DNA of 63,875 nucleotides, counting the filler, from Rozella allomycis CSF55 (lineage: Eukaryota), in NCBI GenBank assembly GCA_000442015.1. It is 9 parts of 9 records of this genome, joined end to end, with 100 filler letters (N's around TTAATTAATTAA, not from the genome) between each part and the next. Parts side by side here need not be neighbours in the genome. Positions count along the whole stretch, not along the records: positions 50,491 to 61,284 come from KE561189.1; positions 61,385 to 62,437 come from KE561195.1; positions 62,538 to 63,875 come from KE561219.1; 6 more parts are not named here. One strand, written 5' to 3'. A program made the translations under genes and the position numbers. The notes beneath the pieces are model-generated. The model searched no databases. It was not told the DNA's origin and was given only the letters and a program-made list of their open reading frames with translations. The first letter of the stretch is position 1, and the number at the start of each line of letters is the position of its first letter. This document shows, piece after piece, positions 52,206 through 63,875 of this stretch.

Positions 52206-54551
52206 TTAAGAATTGCAGTTACAAAAACAACCAGATACAGGGCATTGATTTGTGGATTTCATCCATTCCAAAAGATGATCCACATGTCCTCCATGGTTGC
52301 ATTTTACGCACCATGCGAGAAAGGTATCATCTGTTGATCCTCCAATGTTTAACTGGCAAACAGCGCATCTTGGTAACGCCTTTTTGCAATGTTCGCAGAT
52401 AGATTTGGGAATTTCTTGTCTATTGCATTTAGAATCGGCCTTCAAGATTACATGACCACAAAATTGACATTTTAAGACAATTTGAGGTCTAGATTTGGGT
52501 AAATGGGGATGAAGTGATGAGAATTGGGTGTCGAAAATTGCTCTATATTTCCAAAGTCTCTGCTGATTTAAAAATGTTCGATAACTTTGGATAGTTAAGA
52601 TATTAATTTACATTGAAGACCATTTTTGATATAAAGGAAGAGATAAATTGTTCTCGAATTGAGATAAGATTAAAACGACTGACTGCACGTCGTTCGACTT
52701 GTCAATGTAATTTTGGCATACTTTGAATGCTAAAGGATTACAAAATCCAGTTATCAAAAGACAATGAAGGCCACCATTTCGGCAAAGTTCATCAGCGATC
52801 TTCTGAAGCGCGTCATTGGCCTTGATCAAATTCAAATAAATAATTTACATTCTCACAGAATTTTAAAATGAAAAGAATTTTTTCAACAAGTCTAATAGAT
52901 TGATTATTTAAAAACGAATCAAAGTCCTTTGTGATGAGAAAGTCTATAACTGCAGAGATCTTTGGCTCATTTAACTGAGAGACTACTTGTTGGCATAACT
53001 CTTGCCACCAAAATGCTTTATTTATAGGATAATTTTCAAGTCCTTTCAATAAGGAAGACAAAAGCCTTAATGGAGACGCGGGCGGTGCCTTTTCGCAAGC
53101 GTCAATTGCTTTAGAAATTTCTAAATCTCTCAAGAAACTAAAAATTTGCAATTCCAAACTTTTTCTATTTAAATTTACTCATGTAATTGGTACTCGTCGC
53201 AATAAATACTGTTCAATTGTTTCCTCAAACATTCTCTTATATCAGAATGATATCCCTCAACGCCAAACCTTAAATTGGATGTTAATTTATTTTCAGACTC
53301 CAAGAATTTCATAATTCCATCTTCTAAAATACCCGGGTCAAAATCTGACCCTTGTTTGATCCACAGCCACATCAACCTTAAATATTCGTCTTTCAATATC
53401 GCCAAATTATTTTCAATCTGATCGATAAAATTGTTGATAACTTACGTCAATAGAATACCCTTTAACGGCTCTATTTTTCATTACACTAATGACGTCGTCT
53501 TCTTCCTTCTTTACCTTTACGCAAGAGAAAACACCATTTCGTTCAAACAATATCTTATTATCGTTATCCCAGCCATACCGTGGAAATTCCTTATAATAAA
53601 TCATGTCAAAAGTGCCGCTCGTTCTAATCAAGGCGCTAATGCTAGATTCTTCAAGCCATTCAAAGGTATCAATAATATTAGATGAATGAATTTGGTTGCA
53701 TTTCCAAATATTAAATGGCCTCGATTCCTCAAATGATTTAACTATGTGGACGGTATCAATAAACACAGAGTTAGATGTCAAAACTCCTAAAAGTCCATTT
53801 CTGTTAGGGGAAAAAGACACATGTGATATTTTCTTCCCATTAAAAGTTAAATCCAAAATAGATTGATCTGTATTTCTCAAATCCCAAATTTCAACAATAC
53901 CATCATCGGAAAACCCGGCAATTCTATCAGGCATCATTGGATCACTTTTAAATCCTCTAATTGCTTTAGAATTTATTGCTGCATTTGAACTATTTAAAGG
54001 TATTCTTGTGTCGTATATCTTAATTTGCCTTGAGGCCAGCGTAACACCCAGTAAGAATTCATTAATCCATTCCATTGATATTACTGCTTCATTTGAACAG
54101 CCCTGATCAATTAAATCGAATTTGGAATTTTCAATGTTGAAAAGTAACAATGAATTATCATTTCTTGATCGGTCATATCCTGCTGCACAATAATTTGAAA
54201 ATTTATTCAACCTCACAGAACGACATGCCCTATGTTGTCTTGGGATGAACGTATCATAAACTTTTGAATTCCTATTTTCGTAATGAAATTGAGTAATCTT
54301 CCCATTCTCCTGTGCTGTAAAATATAACTTTCTATTTGAGACGTCTCCTGAATATGACTATAAAATGATGTAAAAGTTAAGTAAGGTACGGTAAATCGAC
54401 TGTTGCTGGTTAAATCCAAAACTTGTTCACATCTTTCCAACTATTTTTAACAATCGTTCTGTTGACTTACGTTATTCTTATTGTAATAAAGTATTTTATC
54501 AGGCTCTGCGTATACGAATCCATTATATTCTACGTATATCTGGCTGGACAT
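52206..54551 (-). CDS. MIOS: GATOR2/SEA complex subunit MIOS/Sea4 (WD40 + C-terminal zinc ribbon/RING; multi-exon)
   Basis: AAGYDRSRNDNSLLLF, WD repeats, C-terminal CEHCKKALPRCAVC..WCVKCNHGGH..EW..CPVSGCFCNC; start approximate. Confidence 0.88.
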
Positions 54552-54691
54552 TTAATTCAAAATTTCGTTCAGATTTTCCAAAAATAGTCAACAGTTAATT
54601 AAAAAGAATAGACTAGAATATTATTGTATGGGGTAACATTAAGGAAGTTTTATTGATACAAGAGACTTACAGATAACAGACTGAGACTACC

Positions 54692-55745
54692 TTAAAGCCT
54701 GCTTTGAATATTGTCAATGTTCACAACGACCTTGCCTATTACTTTGCGATTTTCAATATCTTTCAGACCCTTAATAACACCTTGTAGCCCATTCTTTTCC
54801 TCGATACAAATTAATGGTTTCACACTAGGGTTCTTCAAAAGTTCCTCCATATCTTTCCATATCGACCTAAAGAGTTTTGGATCGGAAACGGCATGGTTTC
54901 CCCAGTACAATCCATGAATTGAAGCATTCTTTAGAAGAACTTTATTAGTTGGAACGTTTTCAATTTTGCCTCCAGCAAAGCCTAATACCACGATTCTCCC
55001 TGACCATCTCACGCACTTCAAAGCATCATTCACACAGCCTACAGGATCAATGACTACATCTACCCCTTTTCCATCTGTTATTTTCATAATTTTAATGGGC
55101 CAATCTTTTTCATTATAGCATATAACATTCTCCGTAAACTTTTTGGCCTCCTTTTGTTTTTCCACAGATCCCACGACAGCTATTACGTTAAGATTCAATG
55201 CTTTAGCCATCTTCATTGCTACAAGTCCTATTCCTCCCGTGGCCCCGAAAATTAAACACCATTCACCTGTCTTAATGTAAGTCAACACATTTACCGCTCT
55301 TGACAGCAGCTTTATGAACCAATGCAGCATAGCAAGTAGGATAAGTTATATACAACCCAGCGGCTTCTTCAAAGGACCACATATCTGGAATCTTTATGAC
55401 ATCTTTATCTTTAAGAACAACGTATTCGGCAAATGCACCAAATGCATTACTTCCACACACCCGATCTCCCACTCGAAGGTTTGACTTGCTACCAGTTGCT
55501 ATCACCACCCCACTAAACTATTATACTCTGTTTAAAGAATATACCTCGCTTCCTAATGTGAAAGGCAAACTCGGCTTCAGTTGATATCGGCCTCGAGCCA
55601 CCAGTAAATCAAAGTAGTTGAGACCGGCACTTTTGACCTTAATGAGAACCTGATCAGAATCTGGATTTATGGATGGTTGACGACATTCTGTCACCTTCAA
55701 TTGTTCGATATTGTCTACATAGGAATCAATAACAATCGCCCTCAT
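54692..55745 (-). CDS. NADPH:quinone oxidoreductase (MDR superfamily; 3 exons)
   Basis: GLNYFDLL..GRYQLKPSLPFTLGSE, GAFAEY, GATGGIG, GKGVDVVIDPVG. Confidence 0.92.
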
Positions 55746-55789
55746 TGATTATAATGAAATATCTTAAACTTAAATTTAGGAATTGATTT

Positions 55790-56677
55790 ATTCACACTTT
55801 ACGTCTTTTTTCATGATACTTCGAAATTCACTCCAATGCCACGTCAAAAATTCAGTTATTTCTAGTAATAAGAGCAGCATTATAAATTACCATCTGTTGT
55901 GAAATCATATGGCACTATGTAAGCTTTTAAATCAGCATAAAATCTTGTTGACACAACAAATGGCTTTGTTTTAAACAGTCCATCAATCTCATAATACTTC
56001 AAATGGTTAAATAAATTGAAGCAACCGTGCCATTTCTGGGATGGCGTCAATTGAGGATCAAAAGTTATAAGTGTATTTCTTTTAAAGAAAGCAAACATAG
56101 TCTGCAATTCATATGGATGTACACCTTCTGGTGCATCTTTTATTCTGTAGTTGACTGACCGACGCAAATTTTTCGCGAATTCAAGTTTCACTTTAGTTTG
56201 ATGAGTCTCATTTAGATAAGATGGTAAGCCTCGAAGGTCAGAATTATTCGATGTCTTTATGGGAAGTGCTTGTATTTTCTTGATAAAGTCATTGTCTTTT
56301 GGAAGAGCCACCCCTACTTTTTCAAGGAGTCTAATAAATGATTTTCCAAAATGAAGTTGTTTTTGTTCCAAGCTTAAGGTGTTAGTTGGGGGTATAAATT
56401 TATGAGTTATTAGCAATGAATCGCTCCCATTCTTTGAAAAGAAACACAGATCGACTTCTTTACGAAACGAATTGAAAAATATCTGACTCTGACTTGAATC
56501 AAAAGCATCTTTTGTTATTTGGTTCAATAGCACGACTGAATTATGATTAATGGATCTTTTTGATTCTTCAATTACATCAGGATGGACTTTTTTTAATAAT
56601 GCTTTGTATAAGTCTTTGAAAATTAATTCTGATTGACTTCCAAAAAGAGATTGTCTTCCACCCATGAAATTTCCCAA
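55790..56677 (-). CDS. DUF4460/TCAIM-like protein
   Basis: LYKALLKKVHPD..N..SV.LLN motif; a probable 29-nt terminal intron extends the ORF to about 55790; start uncertain. Confidence 0.6.
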
Positions 56678-56769
56678 AACTTTTGAAAAATATCGTTTGC
56701 TCGTCAGTTTCTAAATGCAATTATTATATCCGATTTTGAGTTACCATAGAAATTATCTACAAATATACA

Positions 56770-58380
56770 TTGACCTACACATTCACCATGATTAAGAAAT
56801 GGATGAAGAAATTACTGAAATCTGAAAAATTGCAGAAAATAGACGAAGATTACGTTAAATTGAGGAGTTTAACAAAAAACTGGGCTACTTTGATAGTGAC
56901 AATGTTTATCGGTGTAGCGTCAGTTTTGTCTGGAGAATACTTTGCTTGGAATGCGGGTCTAAAATTTGGCTTTATTAACATGTTAATTGCGTCTATCTTA
57001 ATAACATTTGCGTATTGGGTGCTTGTTTGTTCTTTGGGTGAGTTAACGTCTGCCCTTCCTTTTAGTGGAGGCTCCACTACTTTCGCGACTGCTGCTTTTG
57101 GGCCATTACTTGGATGTATTGTAGGATATTGTTATTTGATGGCGTTGATACTTGCTACTGCTCAAAACGGAATCTGGTTTTCCAGTTTTATCCTTCAAGT
57201 TTTTAGCTTATCCAAAGCCTACCTTCCTTTAAGTTGTTTTGCTACTTTTGTTCTTGGATTGGTTATAATTATTGATATCAGAGTTTTTGCTAAGTTTATT
57301 GTCATTTTACCCATGGTTTCCATATGTTTCTCAATTGCCTTTGTAGTTTTGATGATACCCTGTTTGAATGACTACGTTGGAAACCTTCATTTAAATGAAC
57401 TTGCATTTCAACCCAGTTTTATGGGAGTGATCCATTGTCTTCCTTTTGCAATGTGGTTCTATGTGGGAATCGAATGCATTCCAGTATGCGCAGAGGAAAC
57501 AGCTGATCCCCGTAAAGACACCCAAATAGCTATTAGAGGAGGGATGTTGATGCTGACGATACTAGCGTGGATTTCTTTTATTTTTGTTAGTGGGGCACCA
57601 CCTGGAATTACCTTTTATTCACATTCGGCCAATCCATTAGTTGATTCAATCATGTATAATTACGGAATTCAAAGAGACAGTAAACTTGGGATATTTATGA
57701 GCCTTGTTTCGTTAGTGTCTATTTTTGTGTCTTACATTGGCATGATGTTCCCGGCTACCAGATTTTTATATGGACTATCAAGAAGTGGCTATCTACCCCC
57801 TTCTCTATCTTTAACAAAACAAACAGGATCATTTGGGACAGGTTCGCCGCTATATGCGCTCGCGTGTGTAAATGTATGCGTAGTAATTTTATGGGCGTTG
57901 TCGATTACGTTTGACACAAGTGTTGAAAGTTTTATATTAATGGGTTCTATTTTCTATGCCAACTTTGCATATCTTGTAGACTTTCTATCGTACTGTGTGC
58001 TACATTTCAAAGCGTCTTCTCTGAAAAGATACTACAAGAGTCGTTTTGGATACACTGGATGTGTTCTTGGAATTATAATATGTGGAATGACAGTTTATTC
58101 CTGTACTTTAATAAGCGCAAGTTTGATTGCGTTTTGGATTGTATTTATACAAGTCATACTCACAATTCCATATTATATATTTTTTATTAGGAAAAGATTG
58201 GTATTAAGTCCCGAACGATTATTCATTAAAAATCAAGTGAAGAATATGTTCTTATCAGACATTAACAAAATTGGGGAAAGTACAACTGATGAAAAGACGA
58301 CTACAATTGACACGAAAAAGAAACCTGTCATTTTAAAAGTAAGAAGCTTTGAACCATCCAACTTGAATACTTTTCAATAA
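56770..58380 (+). CDS. APC-family amino acid permease, ethanolamine-permease-like, intronless
   Basis: About 12 hydrophobic segments; VLSGEYFAWNAGL, ELTSALPFSGG, LPFAMWFYVGIE..AEE..DP, LSRSGYLP. Confidence 0.9.
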   Translation: MTYTFTMIKKWMKKLLKSEKLQKIDEDYVKLRSLTKNWATLIVTMFIGVASVLSGEYFAWNAGLKFGFINMLIASILITFAYWVLVCSLGELTSALPFSGGSTTFATAAFGPLLGCIVGYCYLMALILATAQNGIWFSSFILQVFSLSKAYLPLSCFATFVLGLVIIIDIRVFAKFIVILPMVSICFSIAFVVLMIPCLNDYVGNLHLNELAFQPSFMGVIHCLPFAMWFYVGIECIPVCAEETADPRKDTQIAIRGGMLMLTILAWISFIFVSGAPPGITFYSHSANPLVDSIMYNYGIQRDSKLGIFMSLVSLVSIFVSYIGMMFPATRFLYGLSRSGYLPPSLSLTKQTGSFGTGSPLYALACVNVCVVILWALSITFDTSVESFILMGSIFYANFAYLVDFLSYCVLHFKASSLKRYYKSRFGYTGCVLGIIICGMTVYSCTLISASLIAFWIVFIQVILTIPYYIFFIRKRLVLSPERLFIKNQVKNMFLSDINKIGESTTDEKTTTIDTKKKPVILKVRSFEPSNLNTFQ

Positions 58381-58438
58381 AATAACTTTCAGTTTAGTTT
58401 TCATTAACAAAAAAACTATTTTGTCTAGAAAACAAAAT

Positions 58439-58520
58439 TGATTGGAGAGGGGTTCGAACCCTCGCCTCCGAAGAGATAGGTACCTGAAACCTACGCCTTA
58501 GACCACTCGGCCATCCAACC
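58439..58520 (-). tRNA. tRNA-Leu(CAG)
   Basis: Full cloverleaf: GGTTGGA/TCCAATC acceptor, TAGGT-TTCAGGT-ACCTA anticodon arm, long variable arm CTC-TTCG-GAG, GGTTCGAACCC. Confidence 0.95.
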
Positions 58521-58527
58521 TTAAAAA

Positions 58528-58552
58528 TGCGAACATCGTGGATCGAACACGA

Positions 58553-58594
<42 letters not shown>

Positions 58595-58600
58595 GTTCGC
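58528..58600 (-). tRNA. tRNA-Phe(GAA)
   Basis: GCGAACA/TGTTCGC acceptor, TCAGA-CTGAAGA-TCTGA anticodon arm, followed by TTTTT. Confidence 0.96.
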
Positions 58601-58745
58601 TTGTTACACGCCGTTTCAAATGAAGAACTATATTATATTGTTGATTTTGGTTACTTTACATAGTTTTACAACTGAAATTTTTCATGATTCTATCGAGATT
58701 ATGATTCAGACACGAAAATTCCTTTTTAAACGACAAAATTTCTAA

Positions 58746-61059
58746 ATGTCTTCGAGACCAACGACACCTAAAACATCTGGCAATAATAATATTCGCGTCA
58801 TTTGCAGATTTAGACCTGAAAACAAAGTTGAAAAGGAAAATAATGGCAAAGTTTTCGTTGATATTTTGGACCATATGTCTGTTAAAGTGCAGGTAGATAA
58901 CGATTAGTGGTATTGTTAGTCCAATGAGTATTCTGGAGTGTTTAGTTTTGACAGAATTTTCGATTGGAGTACGAAACAAGACGATTTATTTCACTATTCT
59001 TGTGAGGAGATAGTCAATGGTAAATTGATTGAAGCGTAATTTTCAAGAGACATTATGAATGGATATAATGGGACGATATTTGCGTATGGCCAGACTGGTA
59101 TAGATATTAGTTTTATGATTTAGGAAGTGGAAAGACTTGGACAATGATGGTAAGAATTACATTGGCGAGATAATGTAGGGTTCAGGCCCAGACAATTCAG
59201 AGAATAGAGGATTAATTCCTCGAATGGTTGAAAAAATCTTTTGTATGATATCTGATTCCCCTGAAACCATTGAATTCGCTGTGAAAGTCTCGTATATGGA
59301 GATATACATGGAACGTGTCCGAGACTTGTTGAATAGTAAAGTATCGTAATTACGGATATAGCAATTAATGAAAATTTACCTATTCATGAAGACAAATCGC
59401 GAGGAGTTTATGTAAAAGATTTATCAGAAGTTTATGTGTCATCTTTGAATGAAGTGTTTGCGGTGATGAAGCAAGGAACAGACGCACGAATGATAGCATC
59501 AACGAGTAATAACATTTTCAAATAGCGATAGATATGAACCAGGAAAGTTCAAGGAGTCATTCGATATTTGTAATGACAATTGAACAAAAAGATCTTTCTG
59601 ATATGAGTGTTAAGAGTGGCAGTCTATTTTTAGTTGATCTTGCTGGTTCTGAAAAAGTGGGCAAAACGGGTGCAAGCGGGCAGACATTGGAGGAAGCGAA
59701 AAAAATCAATAAATCATTAACAGCATTNGAAGCGAAAAAGATCAATAAATCATTAACAGCATTGGGGATGGTTATTAATGCTTTAACAGATCCCAAGGTA
59801 ATGTTTTAATTGAAAGATAAAGTTGATTAGTTATGTTCCTTACAGAGACAGCAAATTGACAAGAATTCTCCAGGAATCATTGGGAGGCAATTGTAAGACC
59901 ACTTTGATTATCAATGCATCTCCTTCATCTTATAATGAATCTGAGACTATTTCAACGCTTAGATTTGGTTCGCGTGCCAAGAAGATCACAAATCAAGCTA
60001 AAGTGAATAAAGAACCAAGTTTAGGAGAACTAAAACAAACAATCAAGATTTTGCAACAGGAAATCGAGCACCTCAAATCTCAAATAAATGTGCTGGAAAA
60101 TAATGAAGCAAAATCTGAAGCTTCAAAATTAATTGATGATACGAGCAAAATGACTGAAGAGGAGAGAGAATCATTTTTGAAAAGAGAGAATGAATTAATG
60201 GATGAGATATTCGAAAAGGAACAGGAAATCAAGTACAAATCTGGAATTATGGGAGCCATCGAAGAACAATTAGAATTTTATCATTCAAGAACAAATAAAT
60301 TACAAAGGGTACTTAGATTGTTATTCTCTCTTTTAGGAACTTGGCGAGAAGAATTTGGAATGCTTGGAACTGCAAAACGAAATTTCAGATTTGAAAAAGC
60401 AGATTGAAATAACTTTGGAAAAACTTGAAATCTTGGAAAAAGACAAGAAAAAAGAAACGGATGAAGGAAATAGAAATTTTAATGATAACATTGGACAAAT
60501 TTTAGACGCAACTATTGACGCAACTATCCATGCACATTCTCTATTGCTGCAAAACATTCTAAACACGTTTATTAACGAGTAAATTGCAATAAAATTCAAA
60601 AAAGTGAAAAATATAAAGATATGGTACCGTTAATCCAATATTCAATCGATGATTGTGAAAACATAAAATCAAAGTAAGAAAATTCATTGGTGGCTGTCAA
60701 GAATGATCTCTTCACTGATCACTGAAAATATTAAAAAGCTGTTTAGTTTACATGAAGCGAAATCATTGAAAAATGAAAAAGAACACGAATTAATGTCCAT
60801 TCAAAAAGAAAACAACGAATTAAAAGAAATTCTTGATGCAAGGAACGATGAAATAGATTGCTTGAAGCAAATGATACGAAATATGGATCCAATTTTCACA
60901 TCTCCGCCAAAATCTCCAATGTAATAGACATATCACATTTTCAATAGCCAATTGGACTATTTCACCACCAGCAGGAAATCAGATCCTAAAATGGTTAAAA
61001 AGATAAGAAAAAAGAATAGCTTGCCTGCAAAGTCAAACAGTGACGATGTTTTAGATTGA
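58746..61059 (+). CDS. Kinesin-1 (heavy chain)-like motor (many short introns)
   Basis: [86 protein letters not shown]; coiled-coil tail; 3' end approximate. Confidence 0.93.
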
Positions 61060-61384
61060 ATTCCTTTCCCCAATAAACTATACCTTTCGCTTCTCACTTT
61101 TTAATTCACCATTTTTGAGATAATATGAAAGTAAGGTGGAAACAATTTTATTTATTCGTCATTAATTCTTGATTAGCGAATGGACGGAGGAAATAATGAA
61201 TCTATTTATCAAAATATATCCATCGTATATAAGAATTCAAAGATCATGAAGTACAGTACTCGGATTGCTTTATTGTGAGACAGANNNNNNNNNNNNNNNN
61301 NNNNNNNNNNNNNNNNNNNNNNNNNNNNTTAATTAATTAANNNNNNNNNNNNNNNNNNNNNNNNNNNNNNNNNNNNNNNNNNNN

Positions 61385-62437
61385 TTGCTTTTGCCTATAA
61401 TACATGCTTCACATAGTTGTGGCGAAGGCATAGTTGAATTTGTTAATGTAGCCACATCTTTATAGTTCAGGTGATTTAGCTTTAGATGCATAGTTTGAAG
61501 TTTCTTTTAAGTGTGATCTAAAGTTTGACTTTGAGATTTACTTTGTGATTGACTAAGGAAGGAAGATATATTTCTTGGTTGAAGACTAATTTGGTACAGT
61601 CCATTTTGTTTCGCCCCTTCCATGACAATTCTATTTTGTTTGATAAATTCAGGTATTCCGGTAGTTTCTTTAATGACATAGCAACAATTTTTGTAGAAAA
61701 GGACTGATAGCTGATTGCTGCAGAGACGGCTTATAGACATGAGACGGAGATGAGCATCAGGAACATACATACAATCATTTAAGGTAACCGTTGATGTTTC
61801 ATTTTCACAGCAGACCTTCCCAATACCAGGTGAATGAGCAAACTGACCATTGGCAACTTTAATAGATGATGGTAAACTGTTGTAGGTATTGAAGTCTTCT
61901 TTATTGAAGGTAAGATGATCTGTAGCACCCGAATCTAGAGTCCAATTCCTAGCACCTTGAGCGACATTTGCTTGCTTGGAAGAGTTGCAGTGAATAGAGC
62001 CCGTTCGATGAGTAAATCTAAGGTTTGCTTTTTGACATGGTTCACAAACAGGCTTCTTACTTGGATCACAAACCCAGCATTTTCCGATTGGGCGGCGATG
62101 CTCACATTTTCTTGCGACAACAGCAGCAGTGATTGTTGGCTTATTTTCTTGTTTTTGGCTTTCCCGGAGAAGACGATCTTCGATATGATTAATTGTAAGA
62201 GCTTTCATTTTTATATCAGGGTTAGATGATTCAGCTTCTTGTTCTAGAATAACACGGACATGGTTAACTGAGCTTGGAAGAGTAAGAAGAGTAATCATGG
62301 CAGTAAGTTGATCGATGTCAAGAGTTTGGGATGCACTGGCTGCTTTTAGCTGTTTGATGATTGACCGGATGCGATTGAAATCAGAGGAAAAATCTTCAGT
62401 AAACTCGAAGCTAGTGAGGTCACGAAGGCAACGTAAT
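61385..62437 (-). mobile_element. Ty1/copia gag-protease-pre-integrase fragment
   Basis: LLTLPSS..LLRE, Cys/His knuckles, WTLDSGATDHL, NGLY, HLKLNHLN..CEAC. Confidence 0.92.
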
Positions 62438-62677
62438 NNNNNNNNNNNNNNNNNNNNNNNNNNNNNNNNNNNNNNNNNNNNTTAATTAATTAANNNNNNN
62501 NNNNNNNNNNNNNNNNNNNNNNNNNNNNNNNNNNNNNAAAATTTCCAAACCAATTCCGTCTTTATTTAGATGATCTAACTATCGCACGGAATCGTCAATG
62601 TTCATGCGGTGGCTACGCCTGAATGGCCAATATCTTTAATTTTAAATTCATAAATAAATTTGATATCATTAGGTTTA

Positions 62678-63180
62678 GGGGACTAATTTTAATTTAAATC
62701 TTACATTATTATCTACGTATTCCATTAGTCAGAATTTAAATTTGGAATATAATGATGTTTGGGTGTCAAGCCACGATTTGGAAAATGATCATATCTGAAC
62801 CAATTTTGATGATACACATGAATTCGACATGATACACAATTTAAATAATTATTCTGCATTATATGAAACTCAAACGAACTACTTTGGAGTTGTCGCATTT
62901 TCAACTTATGCAAACTATGGTTAAATCATGTCAGATTTCGATGGGACTAATTTTAATTTTAATCCTACATTATTATCTAGTCATTCCGCTATTCAGAATT
63001 TAAATTTGGAATACAATGATGTTTGGGTGTCAAGCCACAATTTGAAAAAAATGATCATAACTGGACCAATTTTGATGATCTAAATGATCTAGATAGCAAA
63101 CCATCTTTAAATAATTATTTTTCATATTATAGACCTCAAAGGGATTTTTTGAAGAGACTTCATTTTTAACTTATTCGAAT
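62678..63180. repeat. Diverged tandem duplication with 264-bp period
   Basis: gggactaattttaatt..cagaatttaaatttggaata.aatgatgtttgggtgtcaagccac occurs at about 62679 and 62943. Confidence 0.85.
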
Positions 63181-63499
63181 GATGGGCAAAACTTGTCCGA
63201 TTGGAGTGCTTCAAAATTATTTGATAATAATATAAATTTATCTTTCTTCTCAGTTCACTTTTCAAGCTTATCGCGAAATTTTTGTGTTGGGCATATCAGC
63301 CACAATTTACAAATGAACATATTTTAATCAATTCAAAAAAAGAATCAATATTTATTAATACTATATTATTAAATAATTATTTTTTACCTTTTGAACTCCA
63401 AATACAATCATTTCAGAATTTACAAATTTCCAAATATCAAATTAAGGTCAAAAGTGGGCGAAATCAAACGGAACAAATTTCCAGATGCATGAAAAATAA

Positions 63500-63790
63500 T
63501 TCTTTAACAATAGCTACTTTGCAAAGGGAAACGAAACACAAATGTTCCATTTTCTACAATTTTGCTTTGCTCCATAAAGGCTCTTCAACAACAGACACAC
63601 TTTGTTTGGTTGTTCCGTATCAATAAATCCTTCTGGTTGGGTCATATATAAAACTGTGTCCATTTCTGAATTCAAATATACTGTTTTGACATCTAATTGA
63701 GCTGTGAACATTTCTTCNACTGTTTTGACATCTAATTGAGCTGTGAACATTTCTTCTGAACAATAGTTGACATAAAAATTCGCACACTTG
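63500..63790 (-). mobile_element. Ty1/copia RT fragment
   Basis: QLDVKTVYLNS..YMTQPEGF..VCLLLKSLYGAKQ. Confidence 0.9.
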
Positions 63791-63810
63791 TCATATTTAT
63801 CATTGGTGAG

Positions 63811-63875
63811 TGTTGAACTAGATAAACCGAAAAATTTTTAGAGCCAGGGTTAAAATTTATTTAGTAAAAATGATG
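63811..63875 (-). repeat. Short LTR, copy 3 (3' half, reverse orientation)
   Basis: Reverse complement matches 10380-10444 and 50071-50135; similarity stops just after ...TTCAACA. Confidence 0.8.

Noticed and set aside
58394-58585. 63-aa ORF on the minus strand
   Set aside because: Spurious translation of the two tRNA genes
59690-59765. Duplicated [11 protein letters not shown] in the kinesin motor
   Set aside because: The duplication straddles a single n (59728), so it is an assembly overlap artefact. The same applies near 5834, 20227, 29851, 33948, 42339 and 63718.

Overview
AT-rich eukaryotic DNA made of at least nine separate contigs joined by artificial 100-bp linkers (44 N + TTAATTAATTAA + 44 N), so adjacency across linkers has no biological meaning. 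Three compact gene islands (20.4-30.1 kb, 30.2-37.4 kb, 50.5-61.3 kb) carry genes with very small introns (about 21-31 nt). They include HSBP1, SRP54, a Ste11-like MAPKKK, an ABCD4-like transporter, MED20, UTP17/WDR75, DPM2, an Oma1-like M48 protease, CEP120, MIOS/SEA4, a quinone oxidoreductase, a DUF4460-like protein, an ethanolamine-permease-like APC transporter, tRNA-Phe, tRNA-Leu and kinesin-1. CEP120 plus tiny introns and fungal-type genes suggests (inference) an early-diverging flagellated fungus or relative such as a Rozella-like organism. The remainder is a nested graveyard of decayed transposons: Ty1/copia, Ty3/gypsy, LINE with RNase H, PIF/Harbinger with non-autonomous TIR elements, pogo, Merlin/ISXO2 and KDZ. 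The most notable observations are: (1) a copia-like family with a 154-bp LTR, no recognisable tRNA primer-binding site, gag ATG 12 nt after the LTR and an 11-nt LTR-internal complement to the PBS position, which suggests Tf1-like self-priming; (2) a Harbinger-type TIR family with a conserved four-hairpin subterminal array; (3) a decayed intronless Cys/His+SET gene; (4) a pogo element apparently carrying a second gene; (5) divergent gene pairs with only 21-48 nt between start codons. All family assignments come from motif recognition by eye, not from database searches.
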